Numbered from the stretch's first letter, positions 19,067-29,945 are shown. The stretch is DNA of 64,000 bases from Pedobacter schmidteae (GCA_945901155.1 CAMDKO010000003.1:848-64847), one strand, 5' to 3'. A program made the numbers and translations. Notes: generated by a model from the sequence alone, not told the origin.

Positions 19067-19303
19067 TGTTGATTGTTGATTAAACTTTGATCTATTAGAT
19101 TACCTGAAACTAATTACTAAAATTAATTACGAATTACTAAAACGAATTACGAATTACGAATTACCAAAACTAATTACGAATTACGAATTACCAATTACCA
19201 ATTACGAAAACTAATTACGAATTACGAATTACCTAAAACTTATTACTTATAACTTATTACTTATAACTTATTACTTATTACTTATTACTTATTACTTATT
19301 ACT
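19067..19303 (+). repeat. Heptamer array C: TGTTGAT x2, AATTAC(G/C/T) units with AAAACT spacers, then 9 TATTACT/TATAACT units
   Basis: Read directly at 19067-19080, 19098-19240 and 19241-19303; the last units lie inside the pntA1 3' end. Confidence 0.95.
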
Positions 19304-20415
19304 TCCTTCACCCTTTCATTACAAACCTCACCATTATAGGTAATACAAGTACCCTTCACCAAATCATCCTCAAAATTAAGATTGATCTGTCCTTCAGGTC
19401 CAAAGATTAACTGAAGAAAATTCAAAATATTCTTTCCATAGAGCTTACTTGCATCTGAGGGCATTGTTCCTTGAAGATTTGAATTACCTATAATGGTTAC
19501 ATTTTTATAAACCACAGTTTCACTGTCTTTAGTTTGCGTAGTGTTTCCACCAGTAGCTGATGCCAGATCAATAATAAATGACCCACTTTTCATTGAATCC
19601 AGAATACTGTCAGGTAAAAGTATTGGAGCTTTCTTGCCAGGTATTTGAGCAGTAGTGATGATCACATCTGCTTTTGAAGCAACTTCAGCAATTCGCTGCT
19701 GTTGTTTTTGCTTGTACTCTTCAGTTTGATCAACAGCATATCCACCTGCTTTTGAGGCATCAAGAGCTCCTTCAACTTCAATAAATTTAGCACCCAGACT
19801 CATGACTTCTTCCTTTACAGCGGGTCTAGTATCAAATACCTCCACTACAGCTCCTAATCTCTTAGCAGTTGCAATAGCCTGAAGACCTGCTACACCTGCT
19901 CCTAATATCATTACTTTTGCTGGTGCAATACTTCCAGCAGCGGTCATGAACATTGGGAAATATTTAGGCAACTGCATAGCAGCAAGTAATACTGCCTTAT
20001 AACCTGCAATATTTGCTTGGGAGCTAAGTATATCCATACTCTGAGCCCTGGTTGTACGGGGAAGCATATCCATACTAAAGGTTGTTAAACCTTTTGCTGC
20101 CCAATCATTAATTAATACAAAATTTGAGAGCGGACTATAAACTCCTAAAACAACAGCATTCTTTTTTATTTTTTTTAAATCATCTGTTGTAAGCAGATTT
20201 ATACTGAGCAGAATATCAGAGTTCTTCAAAACATTTTCTCTAGAGCTAAGCTCAGCACCCTGCTCTGTATATAATGAGTCGGATGCATAAGCATGGCTAC
20301 CGCAATTATGCTCTGCCAATACATGAATATTTTGTTTTTTGAGTGCCGCGATGTGCTCGGGAATTAAAGAAACCCTAGATTCTGTAGTCGGTTCGCGTAA
20401 GATGCCAATAGTCAT
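19285..20415 (-). CDS. pntA: NAD(P)+ transhydrogenase alpha subunit, NAD-binding part (alpha1)
   Basis: ESRVSLIPE, PRTTRAQSMDILSSQANIAGYKAV, FMTAAG, GAGVAGLQAIATA and TTAQIPGKKAP motifs. Confidence 0.96.
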   Translation of the reverse strand: MTIGILREPTTESRVSLIPEHIAALKKQNIHVLAEHNCGSHAYASDSLYTEQGAELSSRENVLKNSDILLSINLLTTDDLKKIKKNAVVLGVYSPLSNFVLINDWAAKGLTTFSMDMLPRTTRAQSMDILSSQANIAGYKAVLLAAMQLPKYFPMFMTAAGSIAPAKVMILGAGVAGLQAIATAKRLGAVVEVFDTRPAVKEEVMSLGAKFIEVEGALDASKAGGYAVDQTEEYKQKQQQRIAEVASKADVIITTAQIPGKKAPILLPDSILDSMKSGSFIIDLASATGGNTTQTKDSETVVYKNVTIIGNSNLQGTMPSDASKLYGKNILNFLQLIFGPEGQINLNFEDDLVKGTCITYNGEVCNERVKEVISNK

Positions 20416-20585
20416 TGAATTCGCTATATATTAGTTTTTAGCGAAAATAGCAAAAAAATGTAGTAGTCAGAAACTCTATTTAAAAATAATATAAAATCTT
20501 GTTTATTTAAAAAATAGGTGCAAATCAGCTGTCATAACAAATCTCATAATTAGAAGAACTAATCCATAATTTGCGCTTAAAAAAC

Positions 20586-20593
20586 TATATTTG
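20586..20593 (+). promoter_or_regulatory. -7 promoter element of lepA
   Basis: TATATTTG(CG), ending 8 nt before the ATG. Confidence 0.7.
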
Positions 20594-20601
20594 CGCTTCA
20601 G

Positions 20602-22389
20602 ATGAAGTACATACGTAATTTTTGCATAATTGCCCATATAGACCACGGTAAAAGCACATTAGCTGACCGTCTTCTAGAGTATACCAATACAATCACACAG
20701 CGTGAATCACAAGCTCAGTTACTTGATGATATGGATTTGGAACGCGAGCGCGGGATAACAATTAAGAGTCATGCTATTCAAATGGATTATATTCAGGATG
20801 GGCAACCTTATATTCTAAACCTGATTGATACGCCTGGCCATGTCGATTTTTCATATGAAGTATCCCGTTCAATTGCTGCCTGCGAAGGTGCATTACTAAT
20901 TGTAGATGCTTCACAGGGTATACAGGCACAAACAATTTCAAATTTATATTTAGCCTTGGAACATGATCTTGATATCATTCCAATCTTAAATAAGATGGAC
21001 CTTCCAGGTGCTATGCCCGAAGAAGTTAAAGACCAGATCATTGAACTGATCGGTTGCAAACGTGAAGAAATCATTCCAGCTTCAGGTAAAACGGGACTCG
21101 GAGTCGATCATATACTTCGGGCTATTGTGGAGCGAATACCTTCTCCAAAAGGAAATCCTGATGGTGAATTACAGGCCCTGATATTTGACTCGGTATTTAA
21201 TTCTTTCAGAGGAATTATTGCCTATTTTAAAGTTCTGAACGGCGAAATACGTAAAGGTGACCGGGTAAAATTCGTGGCCACAAATAAAGATTACATTGCT
21301 GAAGAAGTTGGGACATTAAAACTTACACAAAAGCCTAAAGATGTTATTAAAACAGGCGATGTTGGTTATATTATATCCGGAATAAAAGAAGCACGTGAAG
21401 TAAAGGTTGGTGATACAATCACTCATAGAGACAACCCAAGTAAAGAGCCAATTAAAGGTTTTGAAGAGGTTAAGCCAATGGTTTTTGCAGGTATTTATCC
21501 AGTTGACACCGATGAGTACGAAGAGCTTCGAGAAAGTATGCACAAGTTGCAGCTTAATGATGCTTCAATTGTGTTTGAGCCCGAATCATCGGCTGCCTTA
21601 GGATTTGGTTTCCGTTGCGGTTTCTTGGGCATGCTTCATATGGAAATTATTCAGGAACGTCTGGAACGTGAATTTGATATGACCGTTATCACAACCGTTC
21701 CAAACGTATCTTATAAAGCTTTTACATCAAAGGGAATTGAAATTGATGTTCATAATCCATCTGACCTTCCTGACCCAAGTAAACTCGATTATGTTCAAGA
21801 GCCTTATATTAAGGCTAATATTATTACAAAATCTGAATTTGTAGGACCGATCATGTCGCTCTGTATTCAGAAGAGAGGCACAATTGTAAATCAATCTTAC
21901 CTGACTTCAGACCGTGTTGAACTGATATTTGAAATGCCTATGGGAGAAATTGTATTCGATTTTTACGATCGATTAAAAACAATTTCAAAAGGTTATGCTT
22001 CATTTGATTATCATCAGATCGGTTATCGACAATCAGATTTAGTTCGATTAGATATTCTTTTAAATGCCGAACCAGTTGATGCCCTATCTTCACTTATTCA
22101 CCGTACAAACTCCTATAATTTTGGAAAGAAAATCTGTGAAAAATTAAGAGAATTGATTCCTCGCCAGCAATTTGAAATTATTATTCAGGCTTCAATCGGT
22201 GCAAAAATAATTGCTCGTGAAACAGTAAAAGCCTTACGTAAAGATGTAACTGCAAAATGCTACGGTGGAGATATTTCTAGAAAGAGAAAGCTTTTAGAAA
22301 AACAAAAGAAAGGTAAAAAACGAATGAGGCAAGTAGGAAACGTAGAAATACCGCAAACGGCATTTATGGCTGTCCTAAAACTAGATTAA
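20602..22389 (+). CDS. lepA: Elongation factor 4
   Basis: [39 protein letters not shown] and [14 protein letters not shown] motifs. Confidence 0.98.
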   Translation: MKYIRNFCIIAHIDHGKSTLADRLLEYTNTITQRESQAQLLDDMDLERERGITIKSHAIQMDYIQDGQPYILNLIDTPGHVDFSYEVSRSIAACEGALLIVDASQGIQAQTISNLYLALEHDLDIIPILNKMDLPGAMPEEVKDQIIELIGCKREEIIPASGKTGLGVDHILRAIVERIPSPKGNPDGELQALIFDSVFNSFRGIIAYFKVLNGEIRKGDRVKFVATNKDYIAEEVGTLKLTQKPKDVIKTGDVGYIISGIKEAREVKVGDTITHRDNPSKEPIKGFEEVKPMVFAGIYPVDTDEYEELRESMHKLQLNDASIVFEPESSAALGFGFRCGFLGMLHMEIIQERLEREFDMTVITTVPNVSYKAFTSKGIEIDVHNPSDLPDPSKLDYVQEPYIKANIITKSEFVGPIMSLCIQKRGTIVNQSYLTSDRVELIFEMPMGEIVFDFYDRLKTISKGYASFDYHQIGYRQSDLVRLDILLNAEPVDALSSLIHRTNSYNFGKKICEKLRELIPRQQFEIIIQASIGAKIIARETVKALRKDVTAKCYGGDISRKRKLLEKQKKGKKRMRQVGNVEIPQTAFMAVLKLD

Positions 22390-22472
22390 TACCCTGTTTT
22401 CATATTTTGTGAAAGCCAATAAAATAGGTTGAAAAGCTGTTAAATGTAAATAAATACCCAATTAATACATCA

Positions 22473-23351
22473 ATGCAATTACTTGACGGAAAATTTGTAT
22501 CTGAAAAATTAAAACAACAGATAGCTATTGAGGCCGCTGAAATCCTTGATAAAACAGGCAGAAAACCACATCTGGTTGCCATACTTGTTGGTCATGATGG
22601 TGGTTCTGAAACTTATGTAGCCAGCAAGATCAAGAACTGTGAAAAGGTTGGTTTTAATTCAACTTTATACCGTTATGAAAGTTCAATCACTGAAGATGAA
22701 CTCCTGAAAAAAATCAATGAAATTAATCAGGATCCAGATACAGACGGTATATTAGTACAACTCCCCTTACCTAAACATATATCAGCTGATAAAGTCACTG
22801 AAAAAATTTCACCCGAAAAAGACGTAGATGGCTTCCATCCTGTTAATCTTGGACGGATGCAACGTAACCTTCCCTCCTTCTTGCCCGCAACACCTTATGG
22901 AATTTTGCTGATGTTGCAGGAATATGGTATAGATACCAGCGGTAAGCATTGCGTTGTTATTGGAAGAAGTAATATTGTTGGCTCACCGATGAGCATTTTA
23001 ATGGCTAGAAATACCAATCCAGGTAATTGTACAGTAACTATTTGCCACAGTAAAACTCCGGATATTAAAAAATTCAGTCTTGATGCCGACATACTAATTG
23101 TAGCGATAGGAAAGAAAAACTTTGTTACCGCAGATATGGTAAAAGATGGCGCCATTGTTATCGATGTTGGCATGAACCGTGAAACTTCAACAGAAACAAA
23201 ATCAGGATATAAATTATTTGGCGATGTTGACTTTGACAATGTTGCTCCAAAAGCATCCTGGATCACTCCTGTACCTGGTGGAGTTGGATTAATGACCATT
23301 GTTGGATTACTTAAAAATACCCTAGCTTCAGCTAAAAAAGAGATTTACTAA
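22473..23351 (+). CDS. folD: Bifunctional methylenetetrahydrofolate dehydrogenase/cyclohydrolase
   Basis: [24 protein letters not shown] and TPVPGGVG motifs. Confidence 0.97.
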   Translation: MQLLDGKFVSEKLKQQIAIEAAEILDKTGRKPHLVAILVGHDGGSETYVASKIKNCEKVGFNSTLYRYESSITEDELLKKINEINQDPDTDGILVQLPLPKHISADKVTEKISPEKDVDGFHPVNLGRMQRNLPSFLPATPYGILLMLQEYGIDTSGKHCVVIGRSNIVGSPMSILMARNTNPGNCTVTICHSKTPDIKKFSLDADILIVAIGKKNFVTADMVKDGAIVIDVGMNRETSTETKSGYKLFGDVDFDNVAPKASWITPVPGGVGLMTIVGLLKNTLASAKKEIY

Positions 23352-23397
23352 CTTATACAGTGATTCTAATTTTTCTTGCCTCTAGGGTTACAATCCA

Positions 23398-23727
23398 TTA
23401 CCAAAACTTCCACCATGATTTTTTAATCCCTATATAAACACCATCTTCTTGAATCTCAATAGGGTAAGTATCCACGTAATTATTTTGCCCGTCTGCTCCT
23501 CTACCTGTTTCCAAATCAAATTCTTGTCTATGATATGGACAAATAATCTTTCCTTTTGAACACCAACCATTACTTAGTTGAGCACCTGCATGAGGACATT
23601 TATTTTGTATAGCAAAGAGTTTACCTGCAGTTTTAACTATGCATAGCTTCTTACCTGAAACAGTTACTTTCTCTAGAAAGTCTTCAGAGGATAGAATTGT
23701 TAATGGGAATAGCTTAATCCAGTTCAT
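23398..23727 (-). CDS. Rieske [2Fe-2S] ferredoxin
   Basis: CPH-x16-CPYH Rieske ligands. Confidence 0.92.
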   Translation of the reverse strand: MNWIKLFPLTILSSEDFLEKVTVSGKKLCIVKTAGKLFAIQNKCPHAGAQLSNGWCSKGKIICPYHRQEFDLETGRGADGQNNYVDTYPIEIQEDGVYIGIKKSWWKFW

Positions 23728-23795
23728 CAGGTATCAAAAATTGTCAATTTTATGTCTCAATCCTCTTAAAACAAGGTTCAGAATTTAAACTTAAG

Positions 23796-23803
23796 TATAT
23801 TTG
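23796..23803 (+). promoter_or_regulatory. -7 promoter element of queE
   Basis: TATATTTG, 16 nt before the ATG. Confidence 0.65.
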
Positions 23804-23819
23804 TAATCTAAGTTACAAA

Positions 23820-24443
23820 ATGGCACATCAAATTCCGACCGACGGCACATTATTACCTTTAATGGAAGAGTTTTATACCATTCAAGGAGAAGGATTTCAT
23901 TCAGGGAAAGCGGCCTATTTTATTCGCTTGGGAGGTTGCGACGTAGGTTGTCATTGGTGTGATGTAAAAGAAAGCTGGGATGCAGAATTACATCCCCTTA
24001 CTTCAGCAGATCAAATTGTTCAGAATGCAGAAAAATTTCCAGGAAAGGCGGTAGTTGTTACTGGTGGTGAACCGCTTATTTATAATCTTGACTATTTAAC
24101 GTTTGAATTACAAAAACGAGGCATCAAAACATTTATAGAGACATCCGGAGCTTACCCTCTTTCAGGAAGTTGGGACTGGATCTGTTTATCACCCAAAAAA
24201 TTCAAGTCGCCAAGACCAGATATTTTACCTTTTGCTGGCGAGTTGAAAGTGATCGTATTTAATAAAAGTGATTTTCTTTGGGCTGAAGAGCATGCAGCTC
24301 ATGCTTCTCAGACCTGCAAATTATATTTACAACCAGAGTGGTCTAAAAGTTCGGAAATTACTCCCTTGATCATTGATTACGTAATGCAGAATCCTAAATG
24401 GGAAATTTCATTACAAACTCATAAATACCTGAACATTCCTTAG
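23820..24443 (+). CDS. queE: 7-carboxy-7-deazaguanine synthase (radical SAM)
   Basis: FYTIQGEG, CDVGCHWCD (CxxxCxxC), TGGEP and SLQTHK motifs. Confidence 0.95.
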   Translation: MAHQIPTDGTLLPLMEEFYTIQGEGFHSGKAAYFIRLGGCDVGCHWCDVKESWDAELHPLTSADQIVQNAEKFPGKAVVVTGGEPLIYNLDYLTFELQKRGIKTFIETSGAYPLSGSWDWICLSPKKFKSPRPDILPFAGELKVIVFNKSDFLWAEEHAAHASQTCKLYLQPEWSKSSEITPLIIDYVMQNPKWEISLQTHKYLNIP

Positions 24444-24556
24444 GCTATTTTTATTTTTTTTTCAAATCAGCCAATACAAATAAACTTTGCTTGGCAACAA
24501 TAGGCTAAGAACATTTTATTTTTTACCTTCATCCATAGAGATTTTATGCAATAGGT

Positions 24557-26467
24557 ATGATTAAGCGTTTATTACTTGTTTTTTGCCTTCTACCCCTGAT
24601 TGTGTTTGCTCAAAAGCAAACAAGCTCGACAAATAAGCAGGCACAAAAGGCGTATGAACAAGCTAATTATTTTATTTCTGAGAACTTGTATGATAAAGCC
24701 ATCTCTGAACTTAATCAGGCCGTATCATTAGATTCAAAATTTCTAGCCGCTTATCAGCAATTGGGTGATCTTTACCGAAAATTTGGGAAATATTCCAATG
24801 CACTGGATAACTATAGTAGAATTCTTTCAATTGATCCTGAATTCCATCCACTCACCTATTTTGGGATTGCTGACTCTGAACTAAATACTGGTAATTATCG
24901 CCAGGCAATTGAACATTTCAATAAATATTTAACTTATCCTGGTTTAAATAGTGCAAGCATAGAAAAGATCAATAAATTTATTAGAGATTGTAAATTTAGT
25001 CTAGAAGCCCTGAAATCACCTGTTCCTTTTAAACCTATTAATATGGGTCCTGCTATCAACACAAAAGAAGATGAATATTTACCTGTGATTACTGCAGATG
25101 AATCAATGATCATATTCACTCGCCAGCAAAATCGTAATGAAGACTTTTATAAAAGTGAGAAACGAAATGGTAACTGGGCAGTTGCTGAATTTTTAAGTGA
25201 GGAAATTAATACCCCCAATTTTAATGAAGGTGCTCAAAACATTTCGCCAGATGGCAACTATTTATTTTTTACAGGATGTAATCGCCCTGATGGTTTAGGA
25301 AGATGTGATATTTATATTTCGAAAAGGGAAGGGAATGATTGGAGTCAACCTTTTAACATTGGCGGACCTGTAAATACAGCCGGATGGGAATCTCAACCAT
25401 CAATCAGTGCTAACGGTCGCACTTTATATTTTGTCAGCACCCGACAGGGCGGTTATGGAGGCTATGATATCTGGAGTTCTGAATTAAACACAGATGGCAC
25501 ATGGTCAAATCCTGTTAATCTGGGTAAAGAAATTAATACTTCATATGATGAACAATCACCATATATACATCCAGATAATGAAAGTCTTTATTTTTCGTCA
25601 AACGGATGGCCAGGCATGGGTAATAAAGATGTGTTCATAAGTAGGAAAGCTTATGTAGGCGAGAAACAAACAGGTTGGCAAAAACCTGAAAATTTAGGAT
25701 TCCCAATCAATACATTCGCAGAAGAAAGTGGTTTATGCATAAGTACAGATGGTAAAGTGGCCTTCTTTTCAAGTAATCAAAAAGAAGGATATGGAAAGCT
25801 AGATATCTACTCATTTGAATTACCCGAAAAAATGAAACCCAAAGCAGTTACCTATGTTAAAGGTAAAGTTTTCGACAATCTTAGTAAGGAGGCCTTGGAT
25901 GCACATATTCAAATCACTAATTTGATCAATGGACAAACTATTTATGATGAGATTATGGATCCTGAAAATGGAGAATTTCTTGCCGCATTGCCTGCCGGCA
26001 AATCTTATGGACTTACCGTATCAAAAGAAGGATATTTATTTTATTCGCAGAACTTTACACTTATAGGAAATCTGGAAAAACAACCATTTAATATAGATGT
26101 TTCTTTGCAGAAAATTGAGATCGGGAAAATGGTTATATTGAATAACGTATTTTTCGAGACCAATCAATATGATCTCTTACCTGAATCTATGGCAGAATTA
26201 CAACAGCTTATTCTTTTTTTAAGAGAAAATCCAACAATATCAATTGAAATTGGCGGACATACCGATAAAATAGGAGAAGATCAATCAAACCTGATTCTTT
26301 CCACCAATAGAGCTAAAATAGTTTATGAATATTTGATAAAAAATAAAATACCTTTAACAAAATTAAGTTTTAAAGGATTTGGTGAAGGTCAGCCAATTTC
26401 TGATAATGACACTGAACAAGGTCGTAAAAATAATAGACGAACAGAATTTAAAATCACACAGAAATAA
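24557..26467 (+). CDS. TPR + PD40 (WD40-like) + OmpA-domain periplasmic protein
   Basis: Signal peptide, TPR helices, repeated P-x-I-S-x-DG-x-x-L-Y-F motifs, IGGHTD...NRRTEF OmpA domain. Confidence 0.92.
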   Translation: MIKRLLLVFCLLPLIVFAQKQTSSTNKQAQKAYEQANYFISENLYDKAISELNQAVSLDSKFLAAYQQLGDLYRKFGKYSNALDNYSRILSIDPEFHPLTYFGIADSELNTGNYRQAIEHFNKYLTYPGLNSASIEKINKFIRDCKFSLEALKSPVPFKPINMGPAINTKEDEYLPVITADESMIIFTRQQNRNEDFYKSEKRNGNWAVAEFLSEEINTPNFNEGAQNISPDGNYLFFTGCNRPDGLGRCDIYISKREGNDWSQPFNIGGPVNTAGWESQPSISANGRTLYFVSTRQGGYGGYDIWSSELNTDGTWSNPVNLGKEINTSYDEQSPYIHPDNESLYFSSNGWPGMGNKDVFISRKAYVGEKQTGWQKPENLGFPINTFAEESGLCISTDGKVAFFSSNQKEGYGKLDIYSFELPEKMKPKAVTYVKGKVFDNLSKEALDAHIQITNLINGQTIYDEIMDPENGEFLAALPAGKSYGLTVSKEGYLFYSQNFTLIGNLEKQPFNIDVSLQKIEIGKMVILNNVFFETNQYDLLPESMAELQQLILFLRENPTISIEIGGHTDKIGEDQSNLILSTNRAKIVYEYLIKNKIPLTKLSFKGFGEGQPISDNDTEQGRKNNRRTEFKITQK

Positions 26468-26469
26468 TT

Positions 26470-26898
26470 ATGGAACAAAACTACAAAAACCACACTCGAC
26501 TGGTTAAAGGTTATCATGGAATACTAGCGCTATTGATACTGACAGGATTTATTGGCTCCCTTTTCAATCTATGTGGATCATGGAATAATGAAAGCTTATA
26601 TTCTGCCAGTTTAATTACCCTACTCTTTGTATGCTGCATTATGCTTTTTTGGTTTACACGATCTTTCCCTCTCAGAGCCCAAGACAGAGCCATTCGTTCT
26701 GAAGAAAACTTTAGGCACTTTATTTTAACAGGAAAACCCTTACCATCTGAGCTAAAAATTGGTCAAATTATTGCATTGCGATTTGCATCGGATGATGAAT
26801 ATCAAAAACTAATACAAAGAGCTATTACAGATAAAATGGATTCAAAGTCAATAAAATTAGCTATCCAGAACTGGAAACCTGATTATTATAGAGTTTAA
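26470..26898 (+). CDS. Small membrane protein (DUF6526-like)
   Basis: QNYKNH start, two TM helices, QDRAIRSEENFRH and ALRFASDDE motifs. Confidence 0.75.
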   Translation: MEQNYKNHTRLVKGYHGILALLILTGFIGSLFNLCGSWNNESLYSASLITLLFVCCIMLFWFTRSFPLRAQDRAIRSEENFRHFILTGKPLPSELKIGQIIALRFASDDEYQKLIQRAITDKMDSKSIKLAIQNWKPDYYRV

Positions 26899-27210
26899 AC
26901 AAGTTCACTAAAACTTAGATATTTACTAGAATAAATAGTTAAAATAAAATTCGGCAACAATTTTTGAAAGAAAAAGAGAAATTAAATTAAATAACTGAAG
27001 GTTTAGAGCGAAATAATTATAGAAAATCAATTCAACAAAATGGATACATGTTTGTGAATGAAATTCCTAGACTTGGGGCAGATAACAATGAGAAGGAAGC
27101 AGCAAAATATCCTAATGGAACTAAATCCTATTGGCAAATTCGAAAAGCTGTCGGAACCTTGATTATTCCTTAATTACTAAATAAATTGATCAATTTTAAA
27201 ATTTGATACT

Positions 27211-28173
27211 ATGAGAAAGATTCTTTTCGGGATTCTGATTTTTTCGGCCTCCAGCATTTTTGCACAATACCCTAAAACAAGTATTTCTAATGGGTTAATC
27301 GAGGCAAATTTATACTTGCCAGATGCTAAAAATGGATTTTACAGAGGGACCAGATTTGATTGGTCAGGTGTAATAAATAGTTTAAAATTTAAAGACCATG
27401 AATATTTCGGTGAATGGTACCAGCAACATGATCCTTATAGACATGATGCTATTACAGGTCCGGTTGAAGCATTTGATCCGATAGATTATGTAACTGCGTC
27501 TCCTGGAGAAAAATTCATGAAAATTGGTATTGGTATTCTAAAAAAGGTAAAAAATGAACCTTATGGATTCAGTAAACCCTTTGAAATTCTAAATTATGGA
27601 AATTGGAAAGTAAAGACAAAAAAAGACCGAGTTGAATTTATTCATACCCTAAAAGATGATACCGGATATTCATATATCTATAAAAAAACAGTTCGCTTGG
27701 TAGAGGGAAAAGCCCAATTGATTTTAGAACATAGTTTAAAAAATACAGGTCAAAAATCTATAAATACTAGTGTTTTTAATCATAACTTTTTCGTGATCGA
27801 CAATCAAAACACAGGACCGAATTTTTTAGTCAGTATGCCCTTTAAAATTAATTCAGAACCTGCAATAAAGAGTCTTATGAGTTTCGTAGATAATAAAATG
27901 ATCTATAACAGAGATTTAAAAAAAGGCGAAAGTACCATGGAATATCCTAAAGGTTTTACTGGCACCAATGTTGAAGATTATGATTTCAGGATAGAAAATC
28001 AAAAAACAGGAGCTGCAGTGAGAATCACATCAAATCGCCCTTTATCACATTTCATGTATTGGTCAGTTCCAACAACATTAAGTCCTGAACCCTTTATAAA
28101 GATTGATGCATTGCCTGGCAATGAATTTACCTGGGCAATCACCTATGATTTTTATACAATTGACAAAAAATAG
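27211..28173 (+). CDS. Secreted hypothetical protein, probable galactose-mutarotase-like beta-sandwich
   Basis: Signal peptide; RGTRFDWSG, YNH-like FNHNFF and SPEPF motifs resemble the aldose epimerase fold (inference). Confidence 0.6.
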   Translation: MRKILFGILIFSASSIFAQYPKTSISNGLIEANLYLPDAKNGFYRGTRFDWSGVINSLKFKDHEYFGEWYQQHDPYRHDAITGPVEAFDPIDYVTASPGEKFMKIGIGILKKVKNEPYGFSKPFEILNYGNWKVKTKKDRVEFIHTLKDDTGYSYIYKKTVRLVEGKAQLILEHSLKNTGQKSINTSVFNHNFFVIDNQNTGPNFLVSMPFKINSEPAIKSLMSFVDNKMIYNRDLKKGESTMEYPKGFTGTNVEDYDFRIENQKTGAAVRITSNRPLSHFMYWSVPTTLSPEPFIKIDALPGNEFTWAITYDFYTIDKK

Positions 28174-28198
28174 ATTTTTAACAGCTAAATAAAATTTT

Positions 28199-29092
28199 AT
28201 GATTGATAGAAGATCCTTTCTAAAAAACTCGGCTTTATTTACAATTGGATGTGCATTACCTTCATGGTCTAATGCAGGAATAATAGGTAAATTAAAACTC
28301 AACTATCCGAACATGGGCCTACAGGTCTATACTCTTAATACTCTGATTAACTTGCCTGGAGCAGATACTAAAACCATTCTTAAACAGGTCGCTGATATTG
28401 GCATCAAAGAACTGGAGACGGCTACAGGTTCTGGTGGTTTATATTACAGACATTCAGCAAAGGAATTTGCAACAATTGTAAACGATCTGGGACTAAAATG
28501 GATTGGGAATCATGTTGGTGGTTTACCAAGGTCGACACAAGTTCCTGTAGGCTCAAGGAATCTTAGGGATAACCTTCAGCAGATTGTAGATGAATCAGGA
28601 GAAGGAGGTTGCAATTGGGTAATTTGTTCCAGTTCATCAATCAATACAATGGATGATATTAAACGAACCACAGAAATTTTCATAAAAGCAGGTGATTCAG
28701 CTGCAAAAAACAAAATGAAATTTGCATACCATAATCATCAATCTGAATTTACACCCATAGAAGGGGTATCAGCATTTGATTATGTTTTAAGCAATACGGA
28801 TAAAAACAAGGTATTTATGGAGTTAGATCTTGCCTGGGCTACAGCTGCAGGAATGGATCCAGTTGCCTTATTCAAAAAATACCCAGGACGTTTCCCATTA
28901 TGGCATGTAAAAGATCTTGATAAAATAAGCGGAAAACCATGCCCAGTAGGTAAAGGGAAAGTTGATTTTAAACATATCTACGAAAACTCAAAACTCTCAG
29001 GAGTAAAACACACCTTTATTGAGCAAGATGGATCTAAAACTATTGATGATCCTTCATTTAGTGTTCAATGGCTAAAAGAAAATATTTATTAA
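28199..29092 (+). CDS. Sugar-phosphate isomerase/epimerase (xylose-isomerase-like TIM barrel) with Tat signal
   Basis: DRRSFLK twin-arginine motif; YHNH, ELD, HVKD and EQD metal ligands. Confidence 0.88.
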   Translation: MIDRRSFLKNSALFTIGCALPSWSNAGIIGKLKLNYPNMGLQVYTLNTLINLPGADTKTILKQVADIGIKELETATGSGGLYYRHSAKEFATIVNDLGLKWIGNHVGGLPRSTQVPVGSRNLRDNLQQIVDESGEGGCNWVICSSSSINTMDDIKRTTEIFIKAGDSAAKNKMKFAYHNHQSEFTPIEGVSAFDYVLSNTDKNKVFMELDLAWATAAGMDPVALFKKYPGRFPLWHVKDLDKISGKPCPVGKGKVDFKHIYENSKLSGVKHTFIEQDGSKTIDDPSFSVQWLKENIY

Positions 29093-29120
29093 GAATATTT
29101 AGCAGAGAATACTAGATAAG

Positions 29121-29164
29121 AATTGATTAGGATCAGGAAATTGCATTTCTGATCCTAATCAATT
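29121..29164. terminator. 16-bp perfect inverted repeat spanning the kdsA stop
   Basis: AATTGATTAGGATCAG (29121-29136) / CTGATCCTAATCAATT (29149-29164). Confidence 0.55.
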
Positions 29165-29945
29165 TTACCAGTAAGTCTTCAAGCAGATCTAAATGAAGCA
29201 TGTTTGCTCCATCAGACTTTGCGTTTGCCGGATCAGGATGAGTTTCAATAAACAAGCCATCACTACCTACTGCAATGGCTGCTTTGGCAATTGTTTCAAT
29301 TAGGGTAGGCTTCCCTCCTGTTACACCGCTAGCCTGGTTAGGCTGCTGCAATGAGTGTGTGCAATCCATCACTACGGGAACTCCAAAGCTTCTCATTTCT
29401 GGTATTCCTCTGTAATCAACAATGATATCTTGATAGCCAAAAGTATTACCGCGATCGGTAAGTATCACATTAGGGTTACCTGATTCTTGGATTTTTTCAA
29501 CTGCAAATTTCATAGAGCCTGCCGATAGGAACTGTCCCTTTTTTACATTCACAGCTTTGCCTGTAAGTGCAGCAGCTACAAGAAGATCAGTTTGACGACA
29601 TAAAAAAGCTGGAATTTGTAGAACATCTACAAATTCTGCTGCTATAGCGGCTTCATGACTTTCATGAATATCGGTAACCGTTGGAACACCAAATTCCATA
29701 CTTACCTTATTTAAAATCCTGAGTGCTTTTTCATCACCTATTCCTGTAAATGAATCGAGCCTGGAGCGATTTGCTTTTCTATAAGATCCTTTAAAAATTA
29801 AAGGAATTTTAAGTTTATCTGTAATATTGACTATTCTTTCTGCAATTCTGAGAGCAATTTCTTCACTTTCAATAACACAGGGTCCAGCCATCAGGAAAAA
29901 ATTACCTGATTCTGTGTGCTTTATTTGGGGAATCCTATTAATCAT
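29133..29945 (-). CDS. kdsA: KDO-8-phosphate synthase
   Basis: AGPCVIES, KANRS, QIPAFLCRQTDL, KKGQF, DCTHSLQ and ETHPDP motifs. Confidence 0.97.
   Translation of the reverse strand: MINRIPQIKHTESGNFFLMAGPCVIESEEIALRIAERIVNITDKLKIPLIFKGSYRKANRSRLDSFTGIGDEKALRILNKVSMEFGVPTVTDIHESHEAAIAAEFVDVLQIPAFLCRQTDLLVAAALTGKAVNVKKGQFLSAGSMKFAVEKIQESGNPNVILTDRGNTFGYQDIIVDYRGIPEMRSFGVPVVMDCTHSLQQPNQASGVTGGKPTLIETIAKAAIAVGSDGLFIETHPDPANAKSDGANMLHLDLLEDLLVKLIRIRNAIS

Noticed and set aside
19139-19240. 27-bp repeats as a CRISPR array
   Set aside because: Units are tandem with no unique spacers, are internally periodic, and no cas genes are present.
20569-20598. ATTTGCGCTT direct repeat before lepA as an operator
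   Set aside because: The second copy is the -7 promoter element itself; two copies are not enough evidence.
23800-23819. TTTGTAA-N6-TTACAAA before queE as a Rex site or preQ1 riboswitch
   Set aside because: Four mismatches to TTGTGAA-N4-TTCACAA, the left arm is the promoter's own TTTG, and the leader is too short and lacks preQ1 features.
29092-29125. AGAATAT/AGAATAC/AGAATTG as a decayed heptamer array
   Set aside because: Spacing is 14 and 13 with divergent intervening units, too degenerate to call.
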